64,000 bases of DNA from an uncultured Alphaproteobacteria bacterium (GTDB taxonomy: Bacteria; Pseudomonadota; Alphaproteobacteria; Sphingomonadales; Sphingomonadaceae). The notes beneath the pieces are model-generated. The model made no database searches. It saw only the letters and a list, made by a program, of their open reading frames with translations, and was not told the DNA's origin. Location of the stretch: NCBI GenBank assembly GCA_963785965.1, contig CAWAXE010000007.1, forward strand, positions 3-64,002, given 5' to 3'. Numbering within the stretch: position 1 is the first letter of the stretch; each line of letters opens with the position of its first letter. Of this stretch, positions 43,987 to 53,225 are shown piece after piece. The position numbers were made by a program, and so were the translations under genes.

Positions 43987-44484
43987 ATGCCCCAGGATCT
44001 TGCCGCCGACCAAAGCACCTTCGACCTCACTCCTCCGACCGACCAACAGTTCCAGACGCTCGTCGCCGATCTCGACGAGGAAGAGAAGCACGTCCTGCTC
44101 GAGCATGGCACCGAGGCGCCGTTCTGCGGAGTTTTCCTGACCGAAAAGCGCGACGGCGTGTTCACTTGCCGGCTGTGCGGACTCCCGTTATTCAGCGGCG
44201 GGACCAAGTTCGAAAGCGGCACCGGCTGGCCGAGCTTCACCCAGCCCTTCGCCGAAGGGCACCTGAGGACGATCCGCGACACCAGCTACGGAATGGTCCG
44301 CACCGAGATCGTCTGCGCGCGCTGCGGAGCGCACCAGGGCCACGTCTTCCCCGACGGCCCGCCGCCGACCGGCGAGCGCTATTGCATCAACTCGGTGAGC
44401 CTCGAGTTCACGCCCAAGGGGGAGCCGCTGCCCGACAAGCTCGAGCGCGGCGCGCCGGAGGGCGAACCAATCAGGCTGAACTGA
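43987..44484 (+). CDS. msrB: Peptide-methionine (R)-S-oxide reductase
   Basis: [44 protein letters not shown]. Confidence 0.95.
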   Translation: MPQDLAADQSTFDLTPPTDQQFQTLVADLDEEEKHVLLEHGTEAPFCGVFLTEKRDGVFTCRLCGLPLFSGGTKFESGTGWPSFTQPFAEGHLRTIRDTSYGMVRTEIVCARCGAHQGHVFPDGPPPTGERYCINSVSLEFTPKGEPLPDKLERGAPEGEPIRLN

Positions 44485-44504
44485 TCGCAACGAGGGGGCG
44501 TCGC

Positions 44505-45051
44505 GTGGATTCGTTCGATTATTTGTTCAGCTTCTACGGTTTGTTGCTCGGAATCGCCGTCGCCAATGTCGCTATCGGCTTCGCTGATATGTGGCGCGAC
44601 TGCGGGAAGATCGCGGTGGGTTATTGTCCGCCGCTGCTGGGCGTCATCGTCATGCTCGGCGGAATGAACGTGTGGCTGACGATGTGGCACCTTCGCGGCG
44701 CGGCGACGGTCGATGCGTGGCAAATGCTGGCGGCCACGGGCGTTGCAATGCCTTATGTGTTCATCAGCCGCGCGATGTTCCCCGGCGCCGAGCGGGAGAC
44801 GGAGCGCTCGCTCGAGGAGCATTATCTCCGCCACCGCAGGTTAATCCTCCTCGTGCTTGTGGCTCCCCCTGTCGCCTCGATAGTCTCGAAGATTCTGCTC
44901 GATCGCATCTTGGGATCACGGGTGGGAGTTATGGTGGCTCACGGCGCGGATCATAATGCCGCTGCTGCTCCTGCCGTTCGCCAACCGTGTTGCCCAGCGG
45001 GCCGGCCTCGGCGCGTTCGCGATCCTGGAGCTCGTTGGCCTGTTCCGATGA
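44505..45051 (+). CDS. Hypothetical multi-pass membrane protein (frameshift near 44915)
   Basis: GTG start with GAGGGG RBS; MDSFDYLFSFYGLLLGIAVA...; homologous to 52029-52637. Confidence 0.72.
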
Positions 45052-45072
45052 GTGCTCCCGACCGCTGACGGT

Positions 45073-45808
45073 TCATTCGCCCGTCGCATCGTGGGTGAAA
45101 GTGTAATCGATGTGGACGAGGATCCATTCGCCGATCAGTGCGCGGCCGTTCTTCCGCGGCGGCCGGATGTGGAATTGCCAGGCCGCCTGTCGCACCGCGC
45201 TGGCGAGGTGCGAGCCTGGAGACTGGCCGACTTCGACGCAATCATCGACGCGGTTTCCGGGAATCGTCTTGCACGCGATTTCGCCCCATCCGTCGGTGGG
45301 GTTGTGGGGAAGGTAGCCGTCGAGCTCGGCATTGGTCGGTTCGCGGGCCCATTCGACTGCGTAAAGCACTTCGCCGTGCGGGCCGCGCCCGGCCTCCTGC
45401 CGAATCACCCGCGCTCCCCGATCCCGCGCCGGACTTGGCGAGGTTGCGGACGTCGGACGCGGCCATCTCGTCCTTGCTCATCTCGATCCACGCCGTCTTG
45501 TGCGGCGGAGTGATCGTCGGCTTGGTGGGAATGACGATCGGCGGCGGCTTGGGCACAAGCGTGCTCGCGCTGCGCGGAGTGGGCTTGGGAGCGACGGTTT
45601 TCGTCTGCTCGGCCGCGGAGCTGTGCAATTCGGGGATGAGGTCGACGATCAGCGCGCGCGACGGCTTCTGCAGCACCGGCGGAATGATGCCGAGGGTGAG
45701 CAGCACCAGCAGCAACAGCAGATTGACCCCGAGCGCCAGCGCGAGGCCGGACGCTCGGCGGCGGAGCGGCGGATGGTCGTACGGCGAGGGGAGCCGGTAG
45801 GCGGGCAA
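45073..45808 (-). CDS. TonB-like energy transducer protein (frameshift near 45408)
   Basis: N-terminal TM, Pro-rich linker, C-terminal domain WAREPT...IACKT...VDDC...AVRQAAWQFHIRPP..NG. Confidence 0.72.
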
Positions 45809-45932
45809 GAGGTGGCGGGTCTCGGAAGCTGCGTCGCGTGTGCAGCGGTACTAGCCAATTCAAACTTGAACAGGGAGTGAAAGGTCGAAACTTCCCAAGC
45901 TTCGCACTGACGAGCATGCGTTTGCGAAAGGA

Positions 45933-46211
45933 TTACTTCTGCACCGACTGGCAAACGGGATGGCCGGGCGCGTTCGGGTCGGGGTTGCAGACGTGCCCGC
46001 AGCGATAGTCGGCCTTTGACGGGTCCGCCAACGCGGCGATGCTCTCAAGTGCCGCGCGCTTGCAGGTCGCGTGGGTCTGAAAACCGTAGGTCGTCTCGTA
46101 CTTCGACCGGTCGGCACCGTCGGGATAGACGATCGCCGCCCACTGCCCCGGCTCGTCCCCATGGCAGCCGGCGAGCAGAGCCAGGAACAACAGTGCGAGA
46201 GTGCTTTTCAT
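45933..46211 (-). CDS. Small Cys-containing lipoprotein
   Basis: Lipobox LLAG-C, strong GGAGG RBS, YRCGHVC motif. Confidence 0.75.
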   Translation of the reverse strand: MKSTLALLFLALLAGCHGDEPGQWAAIVYPDGADRSKYETTYGFQTHATCKRAALESIAALADPSKADYRCGHVCNPDPNAPGHPVCQSVQK

Positions 46212-46573
46212 CCGCCTCCTCCGCCTCTAGCGACACTGCGGGCCACTAAATCACAGATTGCAGGCGGAAGGGCAGCGGATTTTGGAGAGATGCAGGGCCC
46301 TGCCGGGCCGAGGCGAAGGGGAGCGATTAGCCGCGGCAGGGCCCCTAACGGATCATCACGCTCATGTGATGATGGTGGCAACGCCGTCGGAGCTCGCTAA
46401 AGATTCAACGACGCTGCCAAGACCTGTTTACCGGCCCGCGGTTAGCGGCAGGTGAGGGGAATTGGTTTAGAGAAATTAAGACTTTCGGTGCGGGAGCGGC
46501 GGCCGTCATACAAGTGAATCGCGCGATCCTCGGAGGGCCACTTCCGGCCCCTCCGCCAGGCGGCAGCGGACCG

Positions 46574-46813
46574 CTAGAGCCCGGCGCGATCGTCGGTCGA
46601 CGAATAGGGCTGTTCCTGAATGCTCGTGTCGACTCCGATCAGCTTGTAGAGCACGCACCGCGCCAGAAGCCCGGTGATGAGCAGATAGGCGGCGAACAGG
46701 CCAGCGAGGATCGCCCCGATCCCGTCGAGGCCGACGACGTAGATGACAACGCAGAGACCAAGCGCGACGACGATACGAACGACCCGATCTTCCGGTCCGA
46801 CATTCCTGTTCAT
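46574..46813 (-). CDS. DUF2892 (YgaP-like) membrane protein
   Basis: MNRNVGPEDRVVRIVV, two TM helices, TGLLARCVLYKLIGVDT. Confidence 0.85.
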   Translation of the reverse strand: MNRNVGPEDRVVRIVVALGLCVVIYVVGLDGIGAILAGLFAAYLLITGLLARCVLYKLIGVDTSIQEQPYSSTDDRAGL

Positions 46814-46896
46814 TGATGCTGAACCCCCTTTGTGAGCGTGGGACGTGTCCTAAGCTTTTACTTTCGGGAAACCAAGACGAAACCCGCGGCTGGGAT

Positions 46897-46921
46897 GGAA
46901 CTGTGTCGGCCAGCCGACGTT
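46897..46921 (+). promoter_or_regulatory. EcfG (general stress sigma) promoter
   Basis: GGAAC-N16-CGTT, 9 nt upstream of the ATG at 46931. Confidence 0.65.
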
Positions 46922-46930
46922 CGCTCGTCG

Positions 46931-47053
46931 ATGGACGAAAAAACCCTGAATCTGTGGCGGCAGATCGAGAGCTACCGTCGGGTCAACAAGGCGGCGGAGG
47001 CCGGGCGCTCCAGGCCGCCTGCCGCGCCGTCGCCGCCGTCGATATCCGATTAA
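46931..47053 (+). CDS. Small hypothetical protein, 40 aa, probably leaderless
   Basis: MDEKTLNLWRQIESYRRVNKAAEAGRSRPPAAPSPPSISD directly behind a consensus EcfG promoter. Confidence 0.45.
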   Translation: MDEKTLNLWRQIESYRRVNKAAEAGRSRPPAAPSPPSISD

Positions 47054-47237
47054 ACTGGATTACCTGCTGCTGCGGTTGAATTAGCGCGCTTCTCCACATT
47101 CGTCGTGCCTGTCACCGCATTCCTCGCTGCTGAACTGTGCTATGCCCCGCGCATCGATCTGATTTCGCGGTGCAGGGGAGCGCACCATTTGATCATGGTC
47201 CGGTCGGCGTTGGGTTCGCATTTTTGCGGGGGACACG

Positions 47238-48413
47238 ATGGATCAGCGAAAATCCCTTTTCCGCGCGCTTACTGCAATTCTTCTGACGGTCGCGCTCGTC
47301 TGCTCGCAAGCCGCAGCTGGGGCGCCGGCGCCTGCCGGCAAAATCCGCACGCATTATATCGCTGCCGACGAAGTGGAGTGGAACTACACGCCGTCGGGCC
47401 GGGATGAAGCGATGGGGATGCCGTTCGATGCCATTGCCAAGGGCTTCACGCTGCCGGGACCGCACCAAATCGGCAGCGTCAACAAAAAGGCCATCTACCG
47501 CGAATATACCGACGCCACCTTCACGACGCTGAAACCTCGCCCCTCGCAGGAAGCCTATCTCGGCGTCGTCGGACCTATCCTTCACGCCGAGGTAGGTGAC
47601 ACCATCAGGGTCGTCTTCAAGAACAACGCCGCGCATCCGTACAGCATGCATCCCCACGGCGTTCTTTACGCCAAGGATTCGGAAGGAGCGGACTATAACG
47701 ATTCGACCCGCGGCATTGACAAGGCCGACGGTTGCGTCGCGCCCGGAGCGATTCACACCTACACTTGGCGCGTGCCTGCCCGCGCCGGGCCTGGTCCGCG
47801 CGATCCGAGCTCGGTCTTCTGGCTGTACCATTCGCACTGCGACGAGCTGCGCGACGTGGCCTCCGGTCTGTTCGGTGGATTTGCCATCACGCGCCGCGGC
47901 ATGGCGCGTCCGGACGGTACGCCCAGGGATGTGGACAAGGAATTCGTCACCTTCTTCATCGCAATCAACGAGAATGAAAGCTGGTATCTCGACGAGAACA
48001 TCCGCGAGCACACGACCGATCCGAAGGGCATCGCGCGGGCCGATTTCGGACCGCTGACGGCTACCGGAATTGCGGGCACCGTTGCGGGCACCGGCTTCGC
48101 GGCGACCAACGTCAAATGGTCGATCAACGGCTATCTCTATGGCAATATGCCCCTGATCGTTATGAAGAAGGGCGATCACGTGCGCTGGTACGTGACCACA
48201 CTCGGCGACTTCAACAATGCGCACACGCCGCATTGGCATGGGAACACGATCACCGTGGCCGGCCAGCACACTGACGTTCTTAATATCATGGCCGCACAGA
48301 TGATCACCGCAGACATGGTGCCCGATGCGGCCGGCATTTGGCTGCTTCACTGCCACATTAGCGATCACATGCTTGCCGGAATGATCGGCCGCTACGAAGT
48401 CCGGGACCGTTGA
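47238..48413 (+). CDS. Secreted two-domain multicopper oxidase, ceruloplasmin-like
   Basis: Signal peptide, RTHYIAADEVEWNY, HPHG, WLYHSH, HTPHWHG, WLLHCHISDHMLAGM. Confidence 0.9.
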   Translation: MDQRKSLFRALTAILLTVALVCSQAAAGAPAPAGKIRTHYIAADEVEWNYTPSGRDEAMGMPFDAIAKGFTLPGPHQIGSVNKKAIYREYTDATFTTLKPRPSQEAYLGVVGPILHAEVGDTIRVVFKNNAAHPYSMHPHGVLYAKDSEGADYNDSTRGIDKADGCVAPGAIHTYTWRVPARAGPGPRDPSSVFWLYHSHCDELRDVASGLFGGFAITRRGMARPDGTPRDVDKEFVTFFIAINENESWYLDENIREHTTDPKGIARADFGPLTATGIAGTVAGTGFAATNVKWSINGYLYGNMPLIVMKKGDHVRWYVTTLGDFNNAHTPHWHGNTITVAGQHTDVLNIMAAQMITADMVPDAAGIWLLHCHISDHMLAGMIGRYEVRDR

Positions 48414-48492
48414 TTGCGGCGAAAGGGGCGGCGGGGGCCGGGCGCTCCAGGCTGCCGGCTACGCCGCCGCCGTCGTCAATATCCCATTAGCG

Positions 48493-48672
48493 CTAATTGG
48501 GTTCTGCTGGCTGACCGCCTCGCCCGCTTTCCTCGGCTTCGATCAGCTCGGCTTCGGCGTCGAGTTCTTCCGACAGATCGCTGAGCGTTTGCCGCGAATT
48601 CGCCCTCGCGGTGCTCGCCAGCTCGCGGCATTGCTTCGCCCGCGCGCGGAATCGTTCGGAAGCTTCGCCCAT
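48493..48672 (-). CDS. Small helical hypothetical protein
   Basis: MGEASERFRARAKQCRELA...LSDLSEELDAEA, a pattern common in small alphaproteobacterial proteins. Confidence 0.6.
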   Translation of the reverse strand: MGEASERFRARAKQCRELASTARANSRQTLSDLSEELDAEAELIEAEESGRGGQPAEPN

Positions 48673-48825
48673 TCGGCCAAAATCAACAATAGATAGTTCG
48701 GGTTTCCGACGTTCCGCAGCGCGACCGGCTTTCTTCGAATCGCCACCGCGCAAGCAGCGCCGCCGAGGCTGCGCCGAGCAGCTGCGCGAGCATGAACATC
48801 GGCACGAGAAGAATCGAAGCGTGCT

Positions 48826-48915
48826 TCGGGGGAGAGGGTGGGTGGGGGCGGCCGTCCAGAGCACCCACAGACGTCGTTCTTCTCACTTCAATCCTCTCCC
48901 CGGCGGGAGAGGAGG
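48826..48915. repeat. Degenerate REP-like elements (CCCTCTCCC / GGGAGAGG family)
   Basis: cttcggggagagggtgggtgggg and tcctctccccggcgggagagga, similar to 60969-61100. Confidence 0.45.
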
Positions 48916-48943
48916 TATGACCCGGCGATTCATGCGCTGCCAT

Positions 48944-48968
48944 GGAACGTCCGTAGTCTCAGTGGGTT
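48944..48968 (+). promoter_or_regulatory. EcfG promoter
   Basis: GGAAC-N16-GGTT upstream of the general stress protein gene at 49020. Confidence 0.65.
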
Positions 48969-49019
48969 AGGTCATGGAGGACAAACCCCCGTCCGTCCCA
49001 ATTCAACAGGAGATCACCC

Positions 49020-49607
49020 ATGAGTGACCGTATTGCATCCGCCGTTTTCGACAGCCAGGACGAAGCCCAGCGCGCCCTCAACGAGCTGCGTTCGTCGGGA
49101 ATCGATGAAGATTCGATTTCGATCATCGGCCGCCACGGCGAGCAGAGCAGCAGCGATGACATCGCCGCCAATGACGGCTCCACCGACAGCGGCGACGACG
49201 GCATGAACGAGAGCGGCGCGGCCAAAGGCGCAATCGGCGGAGCGGTCGGCGGAGCATTGCTCGGAGTCGCGGCGCTGGCCATTCCGGGTGTCGGACCGCT
49301 CGCTGCTGCGGGCGCGATCGCTACCGGCGCAATCCCCGGCGCAGCGGCGATCGGCGCCGGCGTCGGCGCGGCTGCCGGCGGCCTCTCGGGCCTGCTCACC
49401 AACCACGGCGTGAGCCACGAGGACGCGACCTATTACGAGGACCGTATCCACAGCGGCGGCATCTTCATCTCCGTCGACGCCGAGAAATCGGGCGCTTCGA
49501 TCGAGACCGCGCGCGAAATTCTGTTCCGCAACGGCGGCCACAACGCCAGCCGGCAGCAGACGGGCCCGGACGCTTCGATGACGAGCGCGGACGCTTCGAC
49601 GTTCTGA
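49020..49607 (+). CDS. General stress protein (YflT/17M-like with glycine zipper)
   Basis: SAVFDSQDEAQRALNELRSSG..ISIIG, ALAIPGVGPLAAAG, GV..EDA.YYE..I.SGG. Confidence 0.82.
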   Translation: MSDRIASAVFDSQDEAQRALNELRSSGIDEDSISIIGRHGEQSSSDDIAANDGSTDSGDDGMNESGAAKGAIGGAVGGALLGVAALAIPGVGPLAAAGAIATGAIPGAAAIGAGVGAAAGGLSGLLTNHGVSHEDATYYEDRIHSGGIFISVDAEKSGASIETAREILFRNGGHNASRQQTGPDASMTSADASTF

Positions 49608-49689
49608 TCGAACGCAGTCGCAGCCGCTGAAAGGCGGCAGCGAAAGGAGAGGGCTCGGCCGGCTGGCCGGGCCCTCTTTCGCATCAAGG
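49585..49689 (+). repeat. ~105-bp direct repeat, copy 1 (gene 3' end plus terminator hairpin)
   Basis: Nearly identical to 51882-51985; includes codons ADASTF* and the hairpin gcgaaaggagagggctcggcc-ggct-ggccgggccctctttcgc. Confidence 0.92.
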
Positions 49690-49840
49690 CATGAGGGGAC
49701 TCTCACCCATTTTCCCGACTGCGTTTTCCGCGCGCGCCTTAAATAGGCTCGCGGTTGCGCATCGGCGCGCCCGAAGGGTCACTACGCACATTGACTTTGA
49801 CCGGGATTGCGCGCCCCGACAGGGTCGAAGGAGATCATCC

Positions 49841-50041
49841 ATGGCTGTTGCCAAGACCGTTGAGATTATCTCGAGCTCGACGGAGAGCATCGAGGCCGCC
49901 GTCCGTGACGGGATCGCCAAAGCGAGCGACACCATTCAGGGCATTCAGGAGGCGTGGGTGCAGGGCACGAAAGCCGTCATTCGCGACAACAAGGTCGCGG
50001 AATGGCGGGTCACCCTCAAGATCACCTTTATCGTGTCCTAG
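49841..50041 (+). CDS. Dodecin-family protein
   Basis: MAVAKTVEIISSSTESIEAAVRDGIAKASDT...WRVTLKITF; AAGGAG RBS. Confidence 0.92.
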   Translation: MAVAKTVEIISSSTESIEAAVRDGIAKASDTIQGIQEAWVQGTKAVIRDNKVAEWRVTLKITFIVS

Positions 50042-50110
50042 CGTCTCGTTCGCGCGGCGACCGGAACACCCACTTAGGCCCTTACACGTCCTTTGATCAG
50101 GAGAGCAGCA

Positions 50111-50710
50111 ATGAACGTCAGTCAGATGCTGGAGCAGACCGGCGCCGTAGATGCGATTTCGCGCGAACTCGGAGTGGATTCGGCGACCGCCCAGGCGGGC
50201 GCAACGGCGTTGCTGCCGTCAATCCTGTCGGGCTTTCAAAACCCGGTGGCAGCTCCAGAGGCGCAAGCGTCCGAGAGCGCTTTTCCTGGCCTGGGAGGCC
50301 TGGGAGGCCCGGGGGGACTGCTGGGGTCGATCGGACGACTGGGGGGCGGAGAACTCCTCGACAATGTCACCTCGAGCGAGCCAACGCAGGTTCACAAAGG
50401 CGACGAGATACTCGGCCAGATCTTCGGTTCGAAGGACGGCAGCAGAGCCGTGGCGGCTTCCGCGTCGGCGCAGTCGGGCGTCGAACCTTCGCTCCTGAAG
50501 AAGATGCTGCCGATCCTCGCGATGGTCGCTGCGGGTTACGTGATGAAACAAGCCGGCCATGGTCAAGGCGAACTCGGAGGAGCACTTGGCGGCATCCTCG
50601 GCGGCGAGCCATCCCAGGGTTCACCAGACCAAACAGATGCCGCTCCTTCCGCGTCGGGCGGCATATTGGGGGACCTGATCGGCGCGGCGGGCAAATATCT
50701 CGGCCGATAG
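50111..50710 (+). CDS. DUF937-domain protein
   Basis: AISRELGVD, LLPSILSGF, GDEILGQIFGSKDGSRAVA, LLKKMLPILAM. Confidence 0.85.
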   Translation: MNVSQMLEQTGAVDAISRELGVDSATAQAGATALLPSILSGFQNPVAAPEAQASESAFPGLGGLGGPGGLLGSIGRLGGGELLDNVTSSEPTQVHKGDEILGQIFGSKDGSRAVAASASAQSGVEPSLLKKMLPILAMVAAGYVMKQAGHGQGELGGALGGILGGEPSQGSPDQTDAAPSASGGILGDLIGAAGKYLGR

Positions 50711-50720
50711 CAATTCAATC

Positions 50721-50757
50721 GATCCCCTGCCGCGACTGACGCCGTGGCAGGGGTATC
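50721..50757. terminator. Hairpin between convergent DUF937 and DUF3597 genes
   Basis: cccctgccgcg...cgtggcagggg inverted repeat. Confidence 0.55.
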
Positions 50758-50760
50758 GGT

Positions 50761-51162
50761 TCAGTTGCGCAGGCTGTCGGGCACCACGCCGCCGTTTTCG
50801 GCCAGCTTTTGCATGACCGCTTTGTGGAGCGCGATATTCTCTTCGGCGCTGCCGTCGTCGCCGACGTGAATGTTAAGCTCGCTGGCCAGCTCCTTGCGTG
50901 CGGCGAGGCTCGAATCGAGGTCGAGCAGCTTCAACAGGTCGACGATCGAGCTCTGATAATTGCCGCCGCCGCCCTTCATCGACGCCATTTCGCTTAGCAC
51001 CGCGCCGACATCGACGGTCTGCGGCGCGGCAGTCTGCGCCGGAGCGCTGATGGTCGCGGTGTCGCCGGTGGGCGCTTGCTGGGCGGGCGTGGGTGCGGCG
51101 CCTGGCGCCTGGGCCGACGGGTGGTGGAAAATCTTGTTCATGATGCTGCCGAAAATGCTCAT
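50761..51162 (-). CDS. DUF3597-domain protein
   Basis: MSIFGSIMNKIF, SIVDLLKLLDLDSSLAARKELA, NIALHKAVMQKLAENGG. Confidence 0.9.
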   Translation of the reverse strand: MSIFGSIMNKIFHHPSAQAPGAAPTPAQQAPTGDTATISAPAQTAAPQTVDVGAVLSEMASMKGGGGNYQSSIVDLLKLLDLDSSLAARKELASELNIHVGDDGSAEENIALHKAVMQKLAENGGVVPDSLRN

Positions 51163-51249
51163 CGCTTGCTCTCCTCTGTGACGTGCCCATTCCCTTGAAA
51201 GAGACAACGAAGGCCGCGCTGAGAAGGTCCGCCTGCCGCTTCTCGCTCA

Positions 51250-51274
51250 GGAACGCAGTGGCAGGCAACTCGTT
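51250..51274 (+). promoter_or_regulatory. EcfG promoter
   Basis: GGAAC-N16-CGTT, 22 nt upstream of the DUF4142 ATG. Confidence 0.72.
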
Positions 51275-51296
51275 GGCGTCCGCGAGGAGAAAAAAG

Positions 51297-51866
51297 ATGA
51301 CCAACAAGATGCTTATATTGAGTTCGGCAGCGACGCTTGTGCTGGCGGCCTGCGGGCATAAGGACGAAGGCGCGAACGCCGATGTCAACATGGCCGCAGA
51401 GAACGCGACTTACGACAATGCGGTGGCGCCCGCAGCGGTGCCGACTACGGCCCAGGGCTTTGCCAATGCGGCGGCGGCGAGCGACAAGTTCGAGATCGAA
51501 AGCTCGAAGCTGGCAACCAGCTCGGCGCAATCCTCCGCAGTCAAATCGTTCGCGACGAAGATGATCAGCGCACACACGGCGTCCACCGCCAAGCTCAAAT
51601 CCACGGTCGCGGGGATGAGCCCGCCGATCACGATCGACGACACGCTGTCGGCCGACCAGCAGCAGAAGCTTGACGCCCTGAAGGCGCTGCACGGCGCGGA
51701 CTTCGACAGCGCCTACAAGACGGCGCAGGTCGACGCTCACCAGGCGGCGCTCGATGCGCTCAATGGCTATGCGGCGTCGGGCGACAATGCCGAGCTGAAG
51801 GCGCTGGCCAGCGGCATGGTGCCCACGGTGGCGGCGCACCTCAATATGGCGAAGGGGTTGAAGTAG
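51297..51866 (+). CDS. DUF4142-domain lipoprotein
   Basis: Lipobox LAA-C, FANAAAASDKFEIESSKLA, VKSFA.KMI.AH, FD.AY...QVDAH, P.VAAHL.MA. Confidence 0.9.
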   Translation: MTNKMLILSSAATLVLAACGHKDEGANADVNMAAENATYDNAVAPAAVPTTAQGFANAAAASDKFEIESSKLATSSAQSSAVKSFATKMISAHTASTAKLKSTVAGMSPPITIDDTLSADQQQKLDALKALHGADFDSAYKTAQVDAHQAALDALNGYAASGDNAELKALASGMVPTVAAHLNMAKGLK

Positions 51867-51881
51867 GACTTGGTCAGGCGG

Positions 51882-51985
51882 GCGCGGACGCCTCGACGTT
51901 CTGATCGAACACAGTCGCAACCGGTAAAGGCGGCAGCGAAAGGAGAGGGCTCGGCCGGCTGGCCGGGCCCTCTTTCGCATCGAGG
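51882..51985 (+). repeat. ~105-bp direct repeat, copy 2
   Basis: gcgcggacgcctcgacgttctgatcgaacacagtcgc...ccctctttcgcatcgagg; non-coding here, 15 nt after the DUF4142 stop. Confidence 0.92.
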
Positions 51986-52028
51986 ACCCTCTCAGAGGAG
52001 GATTGACGGCGTCGCTGCTCTCGGGCGC

Positions 52029-52637
52029 TCAGCCGTAGCCGAAGAGGCGCATGACCGCGTGGTCGACCGCGCCTGGATTCCAATAGGGCACCAGGAACAA
52101 CAGGAGCTGGACAATCAGCAGGGCGATGGTGGCGCGGCGACCGCGGACCAGGAACAACGCCAGGAAGCAGCCCTTGATCGCGGTATTGTAGGGGAGCAGC
52201 CAGCCCCAGAAGAACGGCGGGTTGTGCCGATACATGTCGATGAAGAACGCGCGGTCGGTGATGGCATCGACGATCTCAGCAGCGAACAGCATGCCGATGA
52301 CGAACCTGCGCCGCGCGGCGAAGTAAGCGCGAAGGTGCGCATATTGTCCGGGGTCGTGCGGGAAGATCACCGCGGCGGCGAGGTAATAGAAAGTGGCGAG
52401 CAGGATCGGCGCCCACAGATCGCCGAAGTCGAGCGTGATGCCCTGCGACATCTTGAAGGCGTCGACCCAGGTGGCGATGATAAGGACGAAGGTGAAGAGC
52501 GCGACCAGCGCCGTCTGCGCCTCGAGCTTCTTCAGCGCGTGGGCGCGGACCATGCCGGCAAAGCCGCCGAGCAGCTCGGCGACGGCGAGCCCGAGGATCA
52601 GGCCATAGAAGGCGAAGAAGAAGCTGAACTTGTCCAG
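52029..52637 (-). CDS. Hypothetical multi-pass membrane protein; start uncertain
   Basis: DKFSFFFAFYGLILGLAVAELLGGF...YYLAAAVIFP...YFAARRR; homolog of 44505-45051. Confidence 0.75.
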   Translation of the reverse strand: MDKFSFFFAFYGLILGLAVAELLGGFAGMVRAHALKKLEAQTALVALFTFVLIIATWVDAFKMSQGITLDFGDLWAPILLATFYYLAAAVIFPHDPGQYAHLRAYFAARRRFVIGMLFAAEIVDAITDRAFFIDMYRHNPPFFWGWLLPYNTAIKGCFLALFLVRGRRATIALLIVQLLLFLVPYWNPGAVDHAVMRLFGYG

Positions 52638-52794
52638 AGCGGCCCCCCCAACCGTTTTGCCGGAACGTGTCAGAGGAAGAGGTGCCCGGCAAGAGGACGG
52701 GATGAACGCCCTGGTTCCTTCGCTCCCCCAGCGCTTGCGGAACTCCACGGCGCGGCTGTATTGCCGCGGGGTCTGCACGAAGGGAGATATTACG

Positions 52795-53100
52795 ATGAGC
52801 CTTTTGAACGGGATCCTCGGTCAAGTCTCGGAGAGCGCCACCGTCCAGAACCTCGCCGCCAAGGTCGGCCTTACCCCCGAGCAGGTCGAGCAGGCGGTGG
52901 CGGCGCTCGGCCAGGCGCATCCGCAACCGGGCGACACGGTGACGACCGCCGCCGAGCAGACTGGACTGCCGCAGGACAAGCTGCAGGAGATCGTCGGCCA
53001 TATCGGCGGCGAAGGCGCGCTCGGCCGCTTCGCCTCGCTGCTCCAGCAGGACGGCGGCGGCGGAATGCTCGGGTCGGTCTCAAGAGTTCTGTACGCTTGA
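52795..53100 (+). CDS. Small YidB/DUF937-like protein
   Basis: MSLLNGILGQV...NLAAKVGLTPEQVEQAVAALG...IGGEGALGRF; GGGAG RBS; C-terminus possibly frameshifted. Confidence 0.7.
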   Translation: MSLLNGILGQVSESATVQNLAAKVGLTPEQVEQAVAALGQAHPQPGDTVTTAAEQTGLPQDKLQEIVGHIGGEGALGRFASLLQQDGGGGMLGSVSRVLYA

Positions 53101-53225
53101 GGCGACGTCGGCCGCCGGCGGTTCCGCGGCAAAGATTCATCCGCTGCAGCAGTTAATGCTCTGTCAGCTGCTGTTCGCGCCGCAGCGACTATGCTTGTCC
53201 GTTCCCAGTGCCGAGGGAGGAAAAA

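Noticed and set aside
52739-52762. Fourth EcfG promoter before 52795
   Set aside because: GGAAC is present but the -10 element is TATT at 15-nt spacing, too weak to call.
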